Of a DNA stretch of 64,000 nucleotides, positions 57,642 through 64,000 are shown in pieces (position 1 is the first letter of the stretch; each line of letters begins with the position of its first letter). The position numbers and the translations under genes were made by a program. The notes beneath the pieces are model-generated. The model was not told where the DNA came from. It did not search any database and worked only from the letters and a program-made list of their open reading frames with translations. The stretch is from Diplonema japonicum (lineage: Eukaryota; Protista; Euglenozoa: Diplonemea): assembly GCA_964019335.1 (NCBI GenBank), contig OZ025655.1, positions 310,001-374,000 of the forward strand. The letters run 5' to 3'.

Positions 57642-58880
57642 TCATTGCCCCGACCTTGGTTCTACCGCTCTCTTGGCGTATCGCTGCCGCAGACGGCTAC
57701 AACGGTCATTTGCCTGTTTTTTTTTTTTCTCTTTTTTTTTCCCCCGCCACACCTGAGCAATGTTACCCCTGCCTTTAATGCACCGAACGGCAATGCTGAA
57801 AAGCTTCTGCATGACGAGAGGCGGGACAGGCCCGTGTACCTTGGTGAAAAACTTATCACAATTCACTTCGTCACATGTGAGGAACTCATGCAAAAGTTCC
57901 CTGTCCTTGCTCAGATCCACAGGGTGCGCAACAATGACCTCCAGTATAATAAGCCCAAGGGAGCGCACGTACCAGAAATGGTCCGATGTCGGGACGAGAA
58001 CAGCGGCACCGAGTATGGGTTGTTTGAGAATGGAAGGGAGAAATGTACCACTGTCTTCCGCTTCCGGAGTGCAGGGTAGCGGGGTCTGAGGGGTTTCATC
58101 GGGCTCGGGTTTCACCCCGTTGCCCCACCCTGCAGTGACGCCCTGAATTAATGGGGAAAGGGAAGGGCCGGATAGCTTTGCAACCCCACCTTGTTCGGTG
58201 ATGATATCGGTGCTGCGGAGGTACCCTTCCCCTCCGTTGGGGAAGACGAGGGAGAGGTGATGGAGAGCTGAGGAGACCGAACCAACAACTGTAAGCCGAT
58301 CTTCCCATGACTTAATACGGTCTCTATCTTTCAACGTGACGCCTTTGCAACCGTCGAAAACTAGACAGTGTAAATACTTCGTCGAGTGCTCGCTGGTCTG
58401 GTCGCACCACCCTAGAAGCCGGAGGATGTTAGGGTGTTGAGTTGATGTTTCAATGTGTCTCGCAATCTTGCCAGCTGTCCAACCGCTTTGAACCATTTCC
58501 AGGGGGACCATGGCTACGGTTAGAACTGTGTTGTTGAAGAGCCCTTTGTGGCACCTCCATCCAGACAACCCTCCCAATACGGTGTTTGCTGATAAATCTT
58601 GTGTGCATCCCCTTATGATTCCTGAACCGATAGCGCAGGCTCTTCCCCCTGCAATTGCTGCTTTTAAGCCCTCGACACCTCTTCGCTTGAAGCTGTGGGC
58701 GCGGTGTATCACTTCTGCGTCGATTCGTAACGCCAATGCTTTCCCTTCCAGCCCGCCTCCTCCGAGCGGTGGTACCAATGCTTGCATAGGCAATGGCCTC
58801 CCACTGTTCGGTTTCTTCCCCTCAGGCGGCGATTGTTTTACAGGCAGTACTAATATATCATCAGTGGCACCCACTGACAT
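57642..58880 (-). CDS. Pseudokinase (Pelle/IRAK-like fold); in-frame intron 57714-57752
   Basis: HPNILRLLGWC, SWEDRLTV....SSALHHL, VRSLGLIILEV; canonical HRD and DFG absent. Confidence 0.7.
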   Translation of the reverse strand: MSVGATDDILVLPVKQSPPEGKKPNSGRPLPMQALVPPLGGGGLEGKALALRIDAEVIHRAHSFKRRGVEGLKAAIAGGRACAIGSGIIRGCTQDLSANTVLGGLSGWRCHKGLFNNTVLTVAMVPLEMVQSGWTAGKIARHIETSTQHPNILRLLGWCDQTSEHSTKYLHCLVFDGCKGVTLKDRDRIKSWEDRLTVVGSVSSALHHLSLVFPNGGEGYLRSTDIITEQGGVAKLSGPSLSPLIQGVTAGWGNGVKPEPDETPQTPLPCTPEAEDSGTFLPSILKQPILGAAVLVPTSDHFWYVRSLGLIILEVIVAHPVDLSKDRELLHEFLTCDEVNCDKFFTKVHGPVPPLVMQKLFSIAVRCIKGRGNIAQVWRGKKKEKKKKQANDRCSRLRQRYAKRAVEPRSGQ

Positions 58881-59294
58881 CCGTTTTTTTTTTTTTTTTA
58901 AAGTTGCCAGGTTTTTTTTTTCTTTTTTTTTTCTTGCTCCTTCGGGTGTTTTTTTTTTTTTTAAAGGTACCTTTTATAATAGGAACAGGGAGGAACAACT
59001 TTTTTTGGGGGGGGGGGTGAGGAGGAAAAAAAAGGGAGGGGGAGGGTAAAAAAAAAAACTTTTCATTTTTTTTTTCTTCGGTTGTACCCATCCCCAGTAT
59101 TCACCCCCTTTCTTCTCCCAGAAAATCCATCCCTCCCCCCCCTTGTTAATCAAGGGTAAAAGGGAAATAATAAAGGTGCAAAAAAAAAGTAAAGAAAAAA
59201 CACACCCCCACCTACGCCAAATAAGGAGAAAATGAAGAGAGGGATAACAGCCATTGGTTGGCTTTGGTACGCCTGAACACACCCCCCACCTACC

Positions 59295-59325
<31 letters not shown>

Positions 59326-59743
59326 CGTTTCTGCGGCGGCTACGGGAAAAGAAGCAGGGAAAAGAAGAAGAAAAAGACCCGACACTGCGAAAGTAACTCG
59401 TTCCCCTTCCGCTCAAAGTTAAGAGATAATGCTTCTTGAGGGCGACATCTTGTGGTGTGTGGAATCGATCTGCTGACCCTTCTGGAGTATAGCCTTCGGG
59501 CTCCCCTGTGCGCTGACAGGTCTTTCACAGCCTTGTGCCCCAAAAGAAAAAAGAGAGAAGCCGGCAGAAGCAAACAAAAAGATGTCTCTTATGGCGCTCC
59601 TGCGTTTTCTTTTTTCTTTCCCTTCTCCCCCCCCCCCACCCTTCTTCTTTTCTTTTCCCCAAAACGTTTTTTTTTTCTCTTCTTTTTTTTTTTAAAAATT
59701 CACTCGTTCGTCAACCCCCTCTCCCGCTTCAACGCTTCAACCC

Positions 59744-59882
59744 TCACGCCTTGAACTGAGCTTTGAGCCCATTCCAACACTTCTTGTACCCAGCGTCAAC
59801 ATTGTTTGTGTTGGCATAATCCGAAAGCTTCAAGATGTAGGTGGTCTCGAACATGAACGCAAGGTCGGTTTTAGAGGGTTTC

Positions 59883-59918
<36 letters not shown>

Positions 59919-61149
59919 CCCTCAAGCATACCTGAACTTCCATGGTGTCGATCTTCGACGCCTTCTCGAAACCCCCTGCGTCGGGCCCGTGCCCGGTCAT
60001 GCAAGAGTGCAGGGTCACCCCTCCCGGAAGGAAGCCCTTTTCCTTCGCCTCGTACGCCCCGCAAATGTTACCCATCAACTCTGACATAACATTGCGGTGG
60101 TAATAAGGCGGCCTGAATGTGTTCATCTGCACCATGTACCTAGGGGGGAATATCACGAAATCCATAGCGGCAGTGCCGGGGTCCGCAGTCTGGCAGGTGA
60201 GGACCGTGAAAATCGAAGGGTCAAGGTGATCAAAAGTGACAGAGTTCACAGCACAAAACCTCGCAAGGTCGTACTTGAAAGGCGCATAGTTCCCATGCCA
60301 CCCGACCACATCGAAAGGCGACCTATCCATCCCGTAAGACCAAAGCTGCCCGCCGAACTTATTGTACACTTTGAAGTCAGCTGTAACATCTTCGAACCAT
60401 GCTACCGGTGTGAGGAAGTCCCTTGGGTTGGCCAGACCGTTGGCACCGATAGGGCCGAGGTCGGGGATCTTGAAGTGCCCGTCAAAAATCTCGCAAATGT
60501 ACCCCCTGCACTCCTTGGACACATTGTTGACTTGGAATTTAATACCTCTCTGGATAACGCAGATCTCTCCACTGCGGACTTGCATTCTACCGAGCTCGGT
60601 GACAATGTCAAGTTCGCCGGTTTCTGCGACAAAAAGAAAATCACCATCAGAGTTGTACATTGCCGCATTGGTCATGGGGGTGTTGAATGAGTAGAGATAG
60701 ATTTTACAGCCTGCTTTCATAGAAGGGTCGCCAGCGCCGGCATAGGGCGTTAGGGAACGGACAAAATCGATCTTGGTGTTTGGGAGAGGAAAGGGGCTCC
60801 ACCTTCTTTGTCTAGGGTCCACTATTGAGCAGTCGGTTGTAAGGCTGAAACTGTCCTCCTTCACCATGTCGTCGTGGACTGCACTGGGGCGGATTTTGTA
60901 TGTCCATGTTCTTCTGTTCCCGTCTCTTGGTTTTGTAAATGCCGTCCCGTTGATCTGTTCTGCATACAACCCCAATGGACACACCTGTGGTGTGTTGTAC
61001 ATCTCGGGGACGGCACCCTCTCTCGCTTCTGTTTTCAACTCACCACCGAAGCCGCTCATGTAACTGTACTTTGTTTGTGGTTTCACATCTAAAGTACCTT
61101 CGCCGCCTGCCTCGGTCCTCCTCTTTTTTGACGCCTGTTCAAATGACAT
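59744..61149 (-). CDS. HGD: Homogentisate 1,2-dioxygenase; intron 59882-59931
   Basis: Motifs LYAEQINGTAFT, DLGPIGANGLANPRDF, DHLDPSIFTVLT, RPPYYHRNVMSE; the spliced tail gives LAFMFET..YKKCW. Confidence 0.96.
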
Positions 61150-61599
61150 TTTCCTTTTTTTTTTTTTTTTTTTTTCCTTGCAGGAAAGTCTTTTGAAATG
61201 GTTTCTTTATTTCTTTCTTTTAAAAAAAGAAAATAAAAAACAAAAAAAATGGGGGGGGGAAAAGCGTAAAGTTGGTGGAGAAGAAGTATATAAAGAGTGA
61301 GTAAAATAAAAAAAATAAAAAAAGAAAATAAAAAGGAGCGGGAATAAAATAAATGGAGATAAAGAAAAAAAAAGGGGGTGGAGGGAGGGGGGGAAGGAGG
61401 AAAAAAAAGAAAAAGAAAAAACCAAATATTTATAGAAGAGACACATGAAAAAAAAAAATAATAAAAAGAAAAACGGGGATGGACACGGGAGGTTTCTTCA
61501 ATAAAAAAAAAAGGAGGGATTTTCTTTTTGTTTGCCTGGTTTTTTTTTTTTTTTTTTTGCTTCTTTCTTTCCTATTTTCTTTTCTTGATGCGCCTTCTT

Positions 61600-61633
<34 letters not shown>

Positions 61634-62116
61634 AAATGAAAATAATGACATTTTGGTAAAAGAGGAAAAGAACCCCCTCCTTTTTTTTTATCTTAACAGA
61701 ACTTTTCTTCGTTTTACTTGATGATGGCGACTGAGCGTGTCAACAGCCCACCGGAAAAAAAACTCAAAAAAAAAAAAAGATCTTTTCTCATTCAAGAGTT
61801 CATACTTCAATAGGACGAACATATGGAACACGTATGCCTATGTTTCTACATTTTCTCATAGGTGAGATAAAGGAGTTCTTTTTTTCTGTTTTTTAAACAT
61901 CCCACTCCAGTCTTTGCGTGGTAGATCTCCCCCCCCCCCCCCCCCCCATTCACCCTCCCCCCTTTTTTTTCTTGTACTCTTTTTTTTTCCTCTCGTGGCA
62001 TTTTCTCATCCTTCTTGTTTCCCTTGCTGGCAAATCCCCACTTTCCTATTTTTCAACACAGCTCTGGGGGGGGGGGGGGGGGGGGATTATAGTGTCGCAT
62101 CAGACACTGGAGCTAC

Positions 62117-62178
<62 letters not shown>

Positions 62179-62935
62179 ATTGGCCGCATATTCATAACTC
62201 GACGGAAAAAAAGAGAGAAACTATAAAAAAGAAATATGAGCAGGCAGTTCAAACACACATAGGAATGTGGGGTTGTCGGGGAAAAAAAAAAAAAAAGGAA
62301 GGTGTGGAAAAAGGACAGAAATGAGACTCCCTGAGACAGCGTCCATTATGCAGGCAAAAATGGGATATGTGCTCTTTGGTGGGATTTAAAAAAAAACTTT
62401 TTTTTTTCTTCATTTTCCTTCAAAAAAAAAACATGGAATTTTTTCATAATCTTACATTAAAAAAAGAAAAGAAAAAAGAAAAAAAAAAAAAACGACCACG
62501 TGTTGGGTTGCTAATAAAATGATTCATTTTTCCCGTCTTTCTTTTTTTGTTTTGTTCCCCCCCCTTCTTTTCTTCCTTTTGGTTACAATTGTACTTATTG
62601 TAACCCCCCCCCCCCCCCCCCCCCGGATTCTTACTATAACCGGTAATAGCTAAACGTACGCCACAGTTGTTTCAGTGACTGAAAGGTGACACCCTTTTAT
62701 TTCTCTCTTTTTTTTCTTTTTTTTTTGCAACACATAAAAAACGGGGGTGAGGAAATATGGGGAAGATGGAGGAGTGTGTGACTGGGAGGGGAAGGGGGGG
62801 GATAACCCTTTTTTATAAAAAAAAGTCAGTTTTTTTTCCTTTCATTTTTTTCTTTTCCCCCTTTTTTTTTCTTTGGCAATAAAAAAAAAAAAAAGAAAAA
62901 AGAAAAAGAAAAACCACCGGCTCCGCGACACTTTT

Positions 62936-62980
<45 letters not shown>

Positions 62981-63030
62981 CAAAATAAATAAATAAATAA
63001 AAATAAATCACAAAAAAAAAAAAAAATCTT

Positions 63031-63163
63031 CTACGTACCAGTTGGCTCGGAGGGCCGTAGTGGGGATTGTGGGTCGGAATCGCTAGGTAGCTGTTGTTGT
63101 TGTAGCTGCAGGCTTGGTTTCGTGCCCTTTTGTAGCTGCGAGAAAAAAAAAAATGTTAACTCT

Positions 63164-63219
<56 letters not shown>

Positions 63220-64000
63220 CTGATATTCGGGACTCGGCAATTCAGAGTTGGGTTGTAATTCGGGCGTCTGTAATTTCTTTTTTTTCCCCTCCCGTATTTT
63301 TCCCCTATCATACCATATTCCTATGACCGGTGTCAACTGGAGAAGCGGCCATGTCAGCTACGTTACTCTTACTGTTCTCCTTATCCACATTAGCCCCAAG
63401 AGCTATCTGTCCTGGTGGCGTTTTTGTTGGACCAGCTTCTTTCCCTTGGTGCCTCCCTCGACTCTCTTTATGACTTCCTGCGACATTGGACGAGGATATT
63501 TTCTTGTCCCGCTCGATACTGTCCAGGATCTCTTGGTTAACCCGGAGCGTGTTCTCCCTAGGTTGCCTCCCTGCCTCAGTGGCATCAGCTGGTGCATGGA
63601 TCGGTTCGAAAGGAGGCGTGAAATCAGCCCATTTCCGGATTCTGTACAAATCTTTTGGCGACAACTCCACAGGCCCACCCACGGAACGAAGCGGGGTAGA
63701 ACCGATTTTGATGTCTGTAGAACCCAGCTTCCTCGCCTCGAGAATAGCTTGTTCTTTTAGTTTTATGACCATTTTCATGACCTGTTCATCACTGTCTATT
63801 TCATCATCGCTATTTGTGCTTGTAACTGCTTGGCTTGTGCTTCCCAGAGTGGCTGAAGATTGACTCACCTTAGAACCCGAAGCCGAACGGTTGACGACTA
63901 AGTCCTGTTCAGCATCAGGCTGGGCTTTGCCAGTGTCAAGTGAGGGTTGTGGAGGGCTTGAATGCGACTTTATAACTTCTGTTGTTTGAAGCGTTTCCGG
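63031..64000 (-). CDS. 3' part of a low-complexity hypothetical protein running off the window; introns 63268-63313 and 63136-63219
   Basis: Frame open from 64000; GT-AG introns extend it to ..PSEPTGT*; further micro-exons are possible. Confidence 0.6.

Noticed and set aside
59480-59510. TPP-riboswitch-like start GGGGAGCC..GGCT on the minus strand
   Set aside because: The essential UGAGA and downstream CUGAU..UAAU motifs are absent.

Overview
This is eukaryotic nuclear DNA, most likely from a euglenozoan and probably a diplonemid. That is an inference from three things: every supported protein gene (about 25) lies on the minus strand like a polycistronic unit; U-rich tract/AG sites precede A-rich 5' leaders; and the protein families are typical of euglenozoans (IF1, LRR-calpain-like protein, CHHNSW/CCCH zinc protein, SKL-targeted enzyme). 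Unlike trypanosomatids, the genes carry many tiny GT-AG introns. I rebuilt 23 by hand (32-89 nt). Their donors are almost all GTRTG, many have a poly(A) tract where a polypyrimidine tract is expected, and all fall at or beyond the midpoint of their CDS. Recognisable genes include MAPKKK, enoyl-CoA hydratase, Peter Pan, an amino-acid transporter, IF1, an MFS transporter, PRPP synthetase, a bacterial-type 5'-3' exonuclease, a dual-specificity phosphatase, a BTB protein, SPINDLY and HGD. There are two divergent tRNAs (Arg-UCU, Thr-CGU) with a 2.3-kb element between them, bounded by a 14-bp direct repeat. Also present are a foldback Mutator-like element with a 9-bp TSD, a Crypton-like palindrome with a possible recombinase remnant, a tRNA-like A/B-box element and several candidate structured RNAs. 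All gene models and homologies were judged by eye, with no searches run.
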